Below, in pieces: positions 1 to 9,161 of a stretch of 64,000 bases of DNA (position 1 is its first letter; every line of letters starts with the position of its first letter). The notes under the pieces were generated by a model, which saw nothing but the letters and a program-made list of their open reading frames with translations, was not told the DNA's origin and did no database searches. The position numbers and the translations under genes were made by a program. Origin of the DNA: an uncultured Acidimicrobiaceae bacterium (lineage in GTDB: Bacteria; Actinomycetota; Acidimicrobiia; Acidimicrobiales; Bog-793); NCBI GenBank assembly GCA_963761425.1, contig CAVXGQ010000005.1, forward strand, positions 452,699-516,698. The letters run 5' to 3'.

Positions 1-1
1 C

Positions 2-121
2 GCCCACCTGTTCCGGGAACCGCCGCGCACTGAGGACATCGACCGTATCCAGGCGATCGCGGACCGAAATATCCGCCGCTTCGATCTTCTTGGCGAGCAG
101 GTCGACAAGGAGCGCACGTGA
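2..121 (+). CDS. 3' terminus of an upstream CDS entering the window (product not identifiable)
   Basis: Open frame from window edge (...DRIQAIADRNIRRFDLLGEQVDKERT*); its TGA (119-121) overlaps the GTG start at 118 (GTGA coupling). Confidence 0.3.
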   Translation, partial: AHLFREPPRTEDIDRIQAIADRNIRRFDLLGEQVDKERT

Positions 122-1746
122 GCGAGCACCCCTTCGCGATCACGCTCGAAGTCGGGTCGAGTCGGCAGAACCACACCGGTTCGTGGCGGGTCGAACGACC
201 CGTCTACGTCGACCGTCTTCCCCCTTGCAACGACGCCTGTCCCGCCGGCGAGAACATCCAGCGTTGGCTGTACGAGGCGGAATCCGGGGCCTACGAGGCC
301 GCGTGGCGTTCGCTCGTCGAGGACAACCCGCTCCCCGCGATCTGTGGGCGGGTCTGTTTCCATCCCTGCGAGACGGCCTGCAACCGGGCCAAGGTCGACG
401 AAGCGGTCGGCGTCCACGCCGTCGAACGGTTCCTCGGCGATGCGGCGATCACTCACGGTTGGCAACTGCCACCACCGGCGACGCCGTCGGGTCTCCGGGT
501 CCTCGTCGTCGGGTCCGGACCGTCGGGGCTCTCGGCTGCCTATCACCTCACCAGGCTGGGTCACGAGGTGGTGATCTACGAGGCGGCCCCCTCGGCAGGC
601 GGGATGTTGCGCTACGGCATTCCCAAGTACCGGCTGCCCCGCGAGGTGATCGACGCGGAGATCCGCTCCATCTGCGACCTGGGAGTCACGATCGAGCTCA
701 ACCACGCGGTGGGCGACATCGTGCGATCGATGGGGGAGGGCGGATTCGACGCGGTGTACCTCGCGATCGGCGCCCAGTTGTCGCGCCGGGTGGACATTCC
801 GGCGGCCGACTCGGCGCACGTGCTCGACGCCCTGAGCTTCCTGGCGAGCGGCGAAGGGGCGGAGCGGGCCGAGATCGGGCGTCGCGTCGTCGTCTACGGC
901 GGCGGCGACACCGCGATGGATGCGGCCCGCAGCGCCAAGCGGCTCGGTGCAACCGACGCCGTCATCGTCTATCGCCGTAATCGCGAGAAGATGCCGGCCC
1001 ATGAGGTAGAGGTCGAGGAAGCGCTCGCCGAGGGCGTGACCGTGCGATGGCTGTCGACGATCTCCCGGGTGGACGAGGGCAGGATCGTCGTCGAGAAGAT
1101 GGAGCTCGATTCCGAAGGCTTCCCCCAACCTACGGGCGAGTTCGCCGAGCTGGATGCGGACTCCGTCATCCTCGCCGTCGGCCAGGATGCCGACCTCGCT
1201 CCGCTGGCGGGGCTCGAGGGCGTCGAGAGCCGGAACGGCGTGGTGGCGGTCGACGATTCGATGATGACGGGGCGACCGGGGGTGTTCGCCGGCGGGGACA
1301 TGGTGTCCGCCGAGCGGACGGTCACCGTCTCGATCGGACACGGCAAGCAGGCCGCCCGCAGCATCGATCGATGGCTGGCCAAGCGTTACGAACCCCCGGT
1401 GAGCCGGCACGAACTGGCGTCGATCGACAAGCTGAACACCTGGTACTACTCCGACGCCCCGCGTACCATTCAGCCCGAGCTCGAGATGGTGCGACGCCAG
1501 AACGGGTTCGAGGAGGTCATCGGAGGCCTCGACGAGTCGAACGCGCTGTTCGAGGCGCGCCGGTGCCTGTCGTGTGGCAACTGCTTCGAGTGCGACAACT
1601 GCTATGGGTTCTGCCCGGACAACGCGGTGTCTAAGCTCGGGCCCGGCGAGCGGTACGCCTTTGACTACGACTACTGCAAGGGCTGCGGGATCTGTGTCGT
1701 CGAATGCCCCTGCGGCGCGATCGTCATGGTGCCGGAGCTGATCTGA
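118..1746 (+). CDS. GltD-like NAD(P)H/FAD oxidoreductase (glutamate synthase small-subunit family) with C-terminal 2x[4Fe-4S] ferredoxin domain
   Basis: 542-aa ORF. N-terminal Cys clusters CNDACPAGE and CGRVCFHPCETAC. Rossmann loop VVGSGPSGLSAAYHL and second fold VYGGGDTAMD. C-terminal CLSCGNCFECDNC and CKGCGICVVECPCG motifs. Confidence 0.85.
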   Translation: MSEHPFAITLEVGSSRQNHTGSWRVERPVYVDRLPPCNDACPAGENIQRWLYEAESGAYEAAWRSLVEDNPLPAICGRVCFHPCETACNRAKVDEAVGVHAVERFLGDAAITHGWQLPPPATPSGLRVLVVGSGPSGLSAAYHLTRLGHEVVIYEAAPSAGGMLRYGIPKYRLPREVIDAEIRSICDLGVTIELNHAVGDIVRSMGEGGFDAVYLAIGAQLSRRVDIPAADSAHVLDALSFLASGEGAERAEIGRRVVVYGGGDTAMDAARSAKRLGATDAVIVYRRNREKMPAHEVEVEEALAEGVTVRWLSTISRVDEGRIVVEKMELDSEGFPQPTGEFAELDADSVILAVGQDADLAPLAGLEGVESRNGVVAVDDSMMTGRPGVFAGGDMVSAERTVTVSIGHGKQAARSIDRWLAKRYEPPVSRHELASIDKLNTWYYSDAPRTIQPELEMVRRQNGFEEVIGGLDESNALFEARRCLSCGNCFECDNCYGFCPDNAVSKLGPGERYAFDYDYCKGCGICVVECPCGAIVMVPELI

Positions 1747-1869
1747 ATCTCGTGTCGCCTGCGGCGCGTGCAGCTGGTCTGATCGAGGTGACAGCGGTCG
1801 GGTGCACCGGGTTCGCCACCGGCGGGGATAGTTGGGTGCCACGGTGACTTCGGTCACCCGAGGAGGGAG

Positions 1870-3108
1870 ATGATGGCAGACCGGGAAGAGCCGTCCGCGG
1901 TGTCGACCGAACCGGCGAAGAGCCCGGCGATCGGTGACGCGCAGGCGGTGGCGGTGATGCGTGAGACCGGCGCCGGCGAGCGTCGGGTCGCGCTCGTGCC
2001 CGAGGACACGGGGAAGCTGAGGTCCCTGGGATTCGATGTCCTGGTCGAAGCGGAGGCGGGGCGGCTGGCGTGGTTCCCTGACGACGCCTACGTCCAGGAG
2101 GGCGCGACGATTCTCACCCGCGAGAAATGCGTCGAGCGGTCCGACGTGATGCTCTTCGTCACCCGACCGGCCGCCGGCGACGTGGAGAAGCTGAGGCCGG
2201 ACCAGGTCGTCATCGGCGTGCTCGCTCCCCTCGTTGATCCCGGCTTCGCCGTGCGTCTCGCCGAGCGTGGGGTGACCGGCGTGAGCCTCGACACCCTGCC
2301 GCGCACCCTGAGCCGCGCCCAGTCGATGGACGTCCTCAGCTCGCAGGCGAACGTGGCCGGTTACAAGGCGGCGCTCGTGGCCGCCAACGCCTTTGGGCGC
2401 TACTTCCCGCTCCTCATGACGGCGGCGGGAACCGCCCGTCCCGCTGAGGTCCTGGTGCTGGGAGCGGGGGTCGCCGGTCTTCAGGCCATCGCCACCAGTC
2501 ACCGGCTCGGTGCGATCGTGCGGGGTTACGACGTCCGGTCCGAGGCCAAAGAACAGGTCGAGTCGCTGGGTGGGCGTTTCATTGAGCTCAGTTCGTTGGG
2601 GGAGGCGGCCGGTGAGGGGGGCTACGCGCGCGCTCTCACCGCGGAGGAGACGAAGGCACAGCAGGAAGAGCTGAACGCCCACATCGCCCGGCACGACGTC
2701 GTCATCACCACCGCCCAGGTCCCCGGTCGCCGCCCCCCGTTGCTCGTCACGGCCGACGCGGTCGCGGCGATGCGGTCCGGATCGGTGATCGTCGACATGG
2801 CGGCAAGTTCCTACGGCGGCAACGTCGGGTCCTCTCGCCCCGAGGAGACCGTCTTCTCCGACAACGGCGTCACCATCATCGGTGCTGGCAACCTGGCCTC
2901 GACCATGGCGATGGGAGCTTCCACCGCTTACTCGCACAACATCTGCGCGCTTCTTGCGCATCTCGCGAAGGACGGGAGGGTGGCGATCGACCTCGCCGAC
3001 GAGATCCAGGCGGGGGTTGTCATCACCTTCGAAGGCAAAGTGGTCAATTCTGCGACGGCCGACCTGGCGGCATCGAGCCCGAGCGGACCTCTAGGGAACG
3101 GAGCCTGA
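1870..3108 (+). CDS. pntAA: NAD(P) transhydrogenase subunit alpha part 1
   Basis: 412-aa ORF with alanine-dehydrogenase/PNT fold and NAD loop VLGAGVAGLQAIATSHRLGA. RBS GAGGAGGG lies upstream. Followed directly by the small membrane subunit and the beta subunit. True start may be internal. Confidence 0.85.
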   Translation: MMADREEPSAVSTEPAKSPAIGDAQAVAVMRETGAGERRVALVPEDTGKLRSLGFDVLVEAEAGRLAWFPDDAYVQEGATILTREKCVERSDVMLFVTRPAAGDVEKLRPDQVVIGVLAPLVDPGFAVRLAERGVTGVSLDTLPRTLSRAQSMDVLSSQANVAGYKAALVAANAFGRYFPLLMTAAGTARPAEVLVLGAGVAGLQAIATSHRLGAIVRGYDVRSEAKEQVESLGGRFIELSSLGEAAGEGGYARALTAEETKAQQEELNAHIARHDVVITTAQVPGRRPPLLVTADAVAAMRSGSVIVDMAASSYGGNVGSSRPEETVFSDNGVTIIGAGNLASTMAMGASTAYSHNICALLAHLAKDGRVAIDLADEIQAGVVITFEGKVVNSATADLAASSPSGPLGNGA

Positions 3109-3112
3109 GCCG

Positions 3113-3439
3113 ATGGATACCAGTCTGGTCACCGATGTCGCGATTTTCGTGCTCAGCTTGCTCGTGGGTTTTGAGGTGATCTCCAAGGTCCCCCAGACGC
3201 TCCACACCCCGTTGATGTCGGCCGCGAACTCCATCCATGGAGTGGTGATCGTCGGGGCGTTCCTCATCGCCTCGACGGCACACGATGCCGTCGGCTACAC
3301 GCTGGCGTTCATCGCCGCGGTCTTGGCCGGGATGAACGTCGTCGGCGGCTACACGGTGACCGGCCGGATGCTGAAAATGTTCCAGCGGCGTCCGGAGGTG
3401 GCTCCCAAGGAGATGCCAGACGACGGGGGTCTGTCGTGA
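3113..3439 (+). CDS. pntAB: NAD(P) transhydrogenase subunit alpha part 2 (membrane)
   Basis: 108-aa hydrophobic ORF between pntAA and pntB. Its stop overlaps the pntB start (GTGATG). Confidence 0.8.
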   Translation: MDTSLVTDVAIFVLSLLVGFEVISKVPQTLHTPLMSAANSIHGVVIVGAFLIASTAHDAVGYTLAFIAAVLAGMNVVGGYTVTGRMLKMFQRRPEVAPKEMPDDGGLS

Positions 3440-4866
3440 TGGGAGCCTTCAACGACGTCATCACGCTCATCTATCTCCTGGCGGCGACCTGCTTTGTCGT
3501 CGGGCTCCACCTCATGAACGCGCCGCCGACCGCCAACCAGGGGAATCGGATTTCCGCGGTCGGCATGGGCGTGGCGGTGGCGGCGACCCTCGCGCTCATC
3601 GCTCACGACGGGACGATCTCCACCACCGGTTGGCTCATGCTCGCCCTGGGCGGCGTTATCGGCTCCGGTGTCGGGCTGTACCTGGCCCGATCCGTCGAGA
3701 TGACGGCGATGCCGCAACTGGTCAGCTTGTTCAACGCAGTGGGCGGTGGGGCCGCGGCGCTCGTCGCGATCGCCGACTTCGTCCGACTCGCCGGGGTCCT
3801 GCACGCCCCGACGATCCCGGCCCGGATTTCGGTGACGAGCGTCCTCGACGTGGTGATCGGCGCTGTGACGCTGTCAGGCTCGATCGTCGCCGCGGGTAAG
3901 TTGCAGGGTTTCATCCCGTCCCGGCCGGTCGTGGTGCCCGGTACCCGGGTGGTCAACCTCGTGCTCGCGCTGGCGCTGTGTGCGGGGATGGGGTACATCC
4001 TGTCCGGGGCGAACAGTGATCTCACGCTGATCGGCATCGCGGTCGCCTCGCTCGTCATCGGCGTGATCATGGTCATGCCGATCGGCGGGGCGGACATGCC
4101 GGTCGTGATCTCGCTCCTCAACGCTTTCACCGGGACGGCCGTCGCCATGGCAGGGTTCGTCATCAACAGCGTCGGGCTCATCATCGCCGGCGCGCTGGTG
4201 GGGGCCTCCGGCAGCATTCTCACGAAGCTGATGGCTGACGCCATGAACCGGTCGATCCTCAACATCGTCGCCGGCGGGTTCGGCACTGGCGATCAAACCA
4301 GTGTCGTCGGCGCCGGCGCCACCGGGCAGGCCCGGTCGATCGGAGCCGACGACGTCGCCATCCAGCTCGCCTACGCCCAGAAGGTGATCATCGTGCCGGG
4401 CTACGGCCTGGCGGCGGCTCACGCCCAGTACGCGGTGCACGAGCTGGCGGATCTGCTCGAGAAGCGAGGCGTCGAGGTGTCCTACGCCATCCACCCGGTG
4501 GCGGGGCGGATGCCAGGTCACATGAACGTCCTGCTCGCCGAGGCCGAGGTCCCTTACCAGCAGCTGAAGACGATGGAGGAGATCAACCCCGAGTTTCCCC
4601 GTGCCGATGTGGCCCTCGTGATCGGCGCCAACGACGTGACCAATCCAGCGGCCCGCCGGCCAGGCAACGCCGTTTCGGGCATGCCGATCCTCGACGTCGA
4701 CAAGGCGAAGAGCATCATCGTTATCAAGCGCTCGATGGGCCACGGCTACGCCGGCATCGACAACGAGCTCTACACCGACCCCAAGACCGGCATGTTCTTC
4801 GCCGACGCCCAGGTCGGCTTGCGGGCGATCATCGCGGCGGTGAAGACCCTGGTCGGAGTGGATTGA
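3436..4866 (+). CDS. pntB: NAD(P) transhydrogenase subunit beta
   Basis: 476 aa. Polytopic N-terminal domain plus C-terminal NADP(H) domain (PGYGLAAAHAQ, GANDVTNPAA, MPILDV). Confidence 0.9.
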   Translation: MMGAFNDVITLIYLLAATCFVVGLHLMNAPPTANQGNRISAVGMGVAVAATLALIAHDGTISTTGWLMLALGGVIGSGVGLYLARSVEMTAMPQLVSLFNAVGGGAAALVAIADFVRLAGVLHAPTIPARISVTSVLDVVIGAVTLSGSIVAAGKLQGFIPSRPVVVPGTRVVNLVLALALCAGMGYILSGANSDLTLIGIAVASLVIGVIMVMPIGGADMPVVISLLNAFTGTAVAMAGFVINSVGLIIAGALVGASGSILTKLMADAMNRSILNIVAGGFGTGDQTSVVGAGATGQARSIGADDVAIQLAYAQKVIIVPGYGLAAAHAQYAVHELADLLEKRGVEVSYAIHPVAGRMPGHMNVLLAEAEVPYQQLKTMEEINPEFPRADVALVIGANDVTNPAARRPGNAVSGMPILDVDKAKSIIVIKRSMGHGYAGIDNELYTDPKTGMFFADAQVGLRAIIAAVKTLVGVD

Positions 4867-5254
4867 CCTTCAGCGATCGGTGACGTGACCGGCGGGAACG
4901 ATTTCGTGACCGCCGGACGGGGGGCGGGGCCGCCGGCTCCTCATGGGTGTGGCCAGGGCGGATCCGCCTGGCCTCCAGCCGGCCCGCTAGTTGACGCGCC
5001 GAGGCCGGCGGTTCCCGACCCCGAGGTCAATCGGTGCGACTTCGCCGTGACCGCCCCTCGTCAAACTGCGCTCCACCGTCTCGTGACACGCCTGGCTCGC
5101 GACGGTGACCTCGTGGCGTGGTGGCGATTCGACCCCGGGAGGTCGTGACCCTTTTTCTCCGGCGCCGCGCTCCCGGTCTGGCAGGTCGTCTTTAGTCCCA
5201 GGTGGAGCCCGGTCGGGTCCCGGTCGGCCGGGAGGAAAGATTAACGTTGTGTGG

Positions 5255-5283
5255 TTGACGGTGGGGGGCTGGACACATAGAGT
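5255..5283 (+). promoter_or_regulatory. Candidate sigma-70-type promoter of the dcw cluster (-35 TTGACG, 17-nt spacer, -10 TAGAGT), overlapping two GTGG repeats in 10-bp phase
   Basis: TTGACG at 5255-5260 and TAGAGT at 5278-5283, about 76 nt upstream of the mraZ start. GTGG at 5251 and 5261. Confidence 0.3.
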
Positions 5284-5358
5284 GGCGCGAAATGGAGGAT
5301 AAGGGAGTAGAGTCACCCGATCGGCGGGTCGTGGAGATCAGAAGGAAGGACCGTCTCA

Positions 5359-5781
5359 TTGGACCCGGAGAGCAGCTTCTTTGGGAGGTACGACCACTCT
5401 CTCGACTCTAAGAGTCGGCTCATCCTCCCTGCACGGATCCGCGAACGGTTCGGTCGCCTCTGTTTCCTCACCCCCCACCTCGAAGGGTGCGTCGCCCTCT
5501 GGACGCCGGAGACCTTCCAGGCTGAGACCGACACCCGGTATTCCTCTGCCGTCGATACCTTGACGCGCAACCAGGTGCGCGAGTGGTGCTCGGCGGTCGT
5601 CCAGACCGAGATCGACTCGCAGGGTCGAATCCTCGTCGCGGCTGGCCTGCGGAGCTATGCCGGTCTGGAACGCGAAGTCGTCATCGTCGGCGTTCTGGAC
5701 CACGTCGAGTTGTGGTCGCCGTCGATGTGGAACGCCAAGGCTCTCGTAATGTCCGGCGCGAGTGCCGCGACCGGTGCGTGA
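5359..5781 (+). CDS. mraZ: Transcriptional regulator MraZ
   Basis: 140 aa, FFGRYDHSLDSKSRLILPARIRERF with a second SpoVT/AbrB-like half. TTG start with GAAGGAAGGA RBS. First gene of the dcw cluster. Confidence 0.9.
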   Translation: MDPESSFFGRYDHSLDSKSRLILPARIRERFGRLCFLTPHLEGCVALWTPETFQAETDTRYSSAVDTLTRNQVREWCSAVVQTEIDSQGRILVAAGLRSYAGLEREVVIVGVLDHVELWSPSMWNAKALVMSGASAATGA

Positions 5782-5990
5782 CCGTGCCGGTGATCGACCG
5801 TGTGCGCTTCCGACCCCTTCCGGCGGATCGCACGCGCCTGCCTCTCCCGACCCACCCACCGAGGAACGTCCCCTGGTTCATCCGCAGCTCCTCGGCTGCG
5901 GCCAAGGATGGCCAGCATCAACCCCTCTCCGCCGATCTCCATCCGTTCTGCAGGGCGAGTTTCGCCCGGCCAGCCGTCGGGGGGCTGCGG

Positions 5991-6962
5991 ATGAACCAGG
6001 GGACGTTCCACACGCCGGTCATGGTGGAGGAGGTCGTCCAGCTCATGGGCCCGGTTCCGCCGGGCCTCGTCGTGGACGCCACGGTGGGAGGCGCCGGACA
6101 TGCTGCGGCGATCCTCGAAAGCCGTCCCGACCTGATCGTCGTGGGGATCGACCGTGACGCGGACGCCGTCGCCGAGGCGGCGGGCCAGCTCGCGAGGTTC
6201 GGCGACCGGGCCCGGGTGCACCGGGCCCGGTTCGACGCTCTCCTCGAGGTGCTGGTGGGGTCGGTCCCTCGAGAACTCGAACGCGCCGGAGGCGTGTCGG
6301 CGGTGCTGTTCGACCTCGGGGTGAGCTCGCACCAGCTCGACGACCCCACCCGGGGATTCTCCTACCGGGTTACCGCGCCCCTCGACATGCGCATGGACCG
6401 CGACCTTCGACCAAACGCCGAGGAGCTGGTGAACACCCTCGACGAGGACGACCTGGCCCGCCTGTTCGCCGAGCACGGCGAGACGCGTTTCGCGCGCCGG
6501 ATCGCCCGGGCCATCGTGCGGGACCGGCCGGTGACGACGACCACCGCGCTGGCGGACTTGGTGGCACGGGTCATCCCAGCGGGAGCCCGCCGACGGGGCC
6601 ACCCCGCCGCCCGGGTCTTCCAGGCGCTGCGGGTGACGGTCAACGATGAACTCGGCGTGCTGCCGGTGGCGCTCGACCGGGCGTTGGCGATCCTCGTCGC
6701 CGGGGGCCGCATCGTGACGCTCGCCTACCACTCCGGCGAGGACCGCCTGATCAAGGAGCGTTTCCGGAGCTGGTCGACCGGGGGCTGCACCTGCCCGTCG
6801 GGTCTTCCCTGTGTCTGTGGGGCGCGGCCTTCCGCCCGCCTGGTCCGCGGGGGCACTCGCCGGCCGTCGGCAGAGGAGGTCGAGCGTAACCCCCGGGCCG
6901 CGGCCGCCCGCCTGCGGGCCGTCGAGCGCCTGCGGGCCGTCGACGAGAGGATCGCACGCTGA
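5991..6962 (+). CDS. rsmH: 16S rRNA (cytosine1402-N4)-methyltransferase RsmH/MraW
   Basis: ATG at 5991 gives MNQGTFHTPVMVEEVV..DATVGGAGHA..LFDLGVSSHQLD..AYHSGEDRLIKE. The longer track ORF (5583) is an upstream read-through. Confidence 0.9.
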   Translation: MNQGTFHTPVMVEEVVQLMGPVPPGLVVDATVGGAGHAAAILESRPDLIVVGIDRDADAVAEAAGQLARFGDRARVHRARFDALLEVLVGSVPRELERAGGVSAVLFDLGVSSHQLDDPTRGFSYRVTAPLDMRMDRDLRPNAEELVNTLDEDDLARLFAEHGETRFARRIARAIVRDRPVTTTTALADLVARVIPAGARRRGHPAARVFQALRVTVNDELGVLPVALDRALAILVAGGRIVTLAYHSGEDRLIKERFRSWSTGGCTCPSGLPCVCGARPSARLVRGGTRRPSAEEVERNPRAAAARLRAVERLRAVDERIAR

Positions 6963-7402
6963 TGGCACCGGCCCGTGCCGCCCGACAGGGCGCCCAAACG
7001 GCCGACGAACCCCGGGTCGGTGCGTCACCCGTCGCCGACCGGGCCGGGCTGGTCCTCGTCGGTCGGGCCGAGCTCGAAAGGCGCCGCCTCCGGCGGCGCC
7101 GTGAGGCCATCTACACGTTGGCGGGGCTGGTCGTGGCCGCGGCGCTGTTGATCGTCGCGGCGGGCCAGGCCTTTGTCGCCGCCCAACAGGTCCATCTCGA
7201 CCGGCTCGAGCAGCAGCTCGCCACCTCCGTCGCCCGGGCCCAGAATCTTCAGCTCGCCCGGGCGAAGCTCGAGTCGCCGTCGCGCATCCTGGTGATCGCG
7301 GAGCGCCAGCTGGGCATGGTGGTGCCGAAGAGCGTGACCTACCTCGTCCCTGTGGATCCCAGTCGAACCAGCAAGCCGGCGACGTCGCGGTCCACGACGT
7401 GA
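6962..7402 (+). CDS. ftsL: Cell division protein FtsL-like (single TM + coiled coil)
   Basis: 146 aa. TM segment IYTLAGLVVAAALLIVAAG followed by a heptad-like region. Sits between rsmH and ftsI with overlapping stop/start codons. Confidence 0.7.
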   Translation: MAPARAARQGAQTADEPRVGASPVADRAGLVLVGRAELERRRLRRRREAIYTLAGLVVAAALLIVAAGQAFVAAQQVHLDRLEQQLATSVARAQNLQLARAKLESPSRILVIAERQLGMVVPKSVTYLVPVDPSRTSKPATSRSTT

Positions 7403-9150
7403 CCAGGTCGGGTCGGCGTGACGCCGTCCGGCGTCCGCCGGCGGGTGGGATGAGCCGAGCACGGTTGCGCCTCGTCGCGGCCTTGCTGGTTCTCGCAGCG
7501 ATCGGCCTCACCGTGCGCCTTGCCGTCGTCCAGGTGGTCGACGGCGCCCGATATGCCGCGTACGAAAAGGGCGAGGTCGAACAGAAGGTCGTGCTCACCG
7601 CGACACGGGGCACCATCTACGACAGCACCGGGGACATCCTCGCGATCTCGGTCCCGCGGACCGACGTCATCGCGGACGACTTCCAGATCACCGCTCCGAC
7701 CGCGGAGGCAAAGATCCTCGCCCCGCTGCTGGGCGTTCCTAAACGTCTTCTGGCTGGCGAGCTGGGCGAGCGCAACGGCTACGTCGTTCTCGCCCGTGGT
7801 CTGAAAGACGCCCAGGTGGCGCCCATTGAGGCCCGCGATCTCCCCGGTCTTTCCTTCGCGGCGGACAGCGTGCGCGAAATGACCGGGGGCCAGGTCTTCC
7901 AACCCCTCCTCGGTGGGGTGAACGCCGCCGGAGTCGGTGACGCGGGGGTCGAGGAGGCGGACAACCCTCTGCTGGCCGGCAAGACCGGCAGTGAACTCCT
8001 TGCCCTCGCTCCCGGGGGGTTGGCTCTTCCCTCCGAACCGACCCACGTCGTCCCGGCCAAGGCGGGGACGGGACTGGTCCTCACCATCGACGAGCCTTTG
8101 CAGGTGGAGGTGGAGAAGGACCTTGCGGCGCAGATGGTCGCCACCGGCGCGCAAGGTGGCGTCGCCGTGGTGATGGACGTCCACACCGGGTCGATCCTCG
8201 CCATGGTCGACCTGGTCGCCGGTCCTCACGGGTCGGTCGAACCCGCTGCGACGAACCTCGCCGCGACGGCTGTCTACCAACCGGGTTCGGTGATGAAGCT
8301 GGCAACCGTGGCGGCCGCCTTGCAGGCGGGATTGATCACCCCTTCGACGGTGCTCACCGTGCCGGACTCCATCGAGGTCGGGGGCTACAGCTTCGCCGAC
8401 GCCGAGGTGCATCCCACCGAACAGCTCACGGTGTCGCAGATCCTGGCCCAGTCTTCGAACGTCGGAACGATCGAGATCGCGCAGCGTCTCGGACTCGACC
8501 GGCTCGCCGCCGGTCTGTCGGCCCTGGGCTACGGCCGTCCCACCGGTCTTGATTGGCCCGGGGAATCGGCGGGAATCGTCGGCTCCCCGTCGACCTGGTA
8601 CGGGTCGGCCGCGGCGGCGGTGCCGATCGGCACCGGCATCGCGGTGACGCCGCTCCAGGTGCTCGACGCCTACAACACCATCGCGAATGGCGGTGTCTTC
8701 GTTGCTCCCCGTCTCGTCGCCGGCACCGTCGGAGCCAACGGGGTCGATCAGCTTGCCAAGGCCCGACCGGGTACCCGGGCGATCGACGCCGCTACGGTCG
8801 CGGAGCTCGTGCCGATGCTGGAGGGCGTCGTCCAGGACGGCACGGCGGTGCTCGCCAACATCCCGGGGTACACGGTCGCCGGCAAGACCGGCACCGCCCA
8901 GGTCCCGGAGACGACCGGTCTCGGCTACATCCCCGGGGACTGGAACGCGACCTTCGTTGGATTCGTGCCGGCGCAGCGCCCGCAACTGTCGGGGATCGTC
9001 GTACTGAACCATCCGACGCCGATCTACGGTGGAACGGTGTCTGCCCCAGTGTTTTCCGAGATCATGCGCTACGCGCTCCGTCGCTTCGACATCCCGCCCT
9101 CGTCCTCCGCGGCGCTGGCGGCGAGCGTGAGCGCCGCGTCGAAGCGGTGA
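7399..9150 (+). CDS. ftsI: Penicillin-binding protein (class B transpeptidase, FtsI-type)
   Basis: 583 aa. N-terminal TM, SxxK (GSVMKL), SxN (QSSNVG) and KTG (GKTGTA) motifs. dcw position. Confidence 0.9.
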   Translation: MTRSGRRDAVRRPPAGGMSRARLRLVAALLVLAAIGLTVRLAVVQVVDGARYAAYEKGEVEQKVVLTATRGTIYDSTGDILAISVPRTDVIADDFQITAPTAEAKILAPLLGVPKRLLAGELGERNGYVVLARGLKDAQVAPIEARDLPGLSFAADSVREMTGGQVFQPLLGGVNAAGVGDAGVEEADNPLLAGKTGSELLALAPGGLALPSEPTHVVPAKAGTGLVLTIDEPLQVEVEKDLAAQMVATGAQGGVAVVMDVHTGSILAMVDLVAGPHGSVEPAATNLAATAVYQPGSVMKLATVAAALQAGLITPSTVLTVPDSIEVGGYSFADAEVHPTEQLTVSQILAQSSNVGTIEIAQRLGLDRLAAGLSALGYGRPTGLDWPGESAGIVGSPSTWYGSAAAAVPIGTGIAVTPLQVLDAYNTIANGGVFVAPRLVAGTVGANGVDQLAKARPGTRAIDAATVAELVPMLEGVVQDGTAVLANIPGYTVAGKTGTAQVPETTGLGYIPGDWNATFVGFVPAQRPQLSGIVVLNHPTPIYGGTVSAPVFSEIMRYALRRFDIPPSSSAALAASVSAASKR

Positions 9151-9161
9151 CGAGCCCCACC

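Noticed and set aside
4867-5250. ORFs of 65-109 aa in the 490-bp pntB-mraZ spacer
   Set aside because: They have biased Arg/Pro/Gly translations, no RBS and no motifs. The region is better explained as the dcw promoter and leader region.
5655-7616. 653-aa minus-strand ORF spanning the mraZ-rsmH-ftsL region
   Set aside because: It is antisense to genes with clear family motifs. Its translation is Arg/Pro/Gly/Ala-rich low complexity, typical of high-GC antisense frames.
7339-9012. 557-aa minus-strand ORF opposite ftsI
   Set aside because: Same antisense artefact. ftsI on the plus strand carries SxxK/SxN/KTG motifs.
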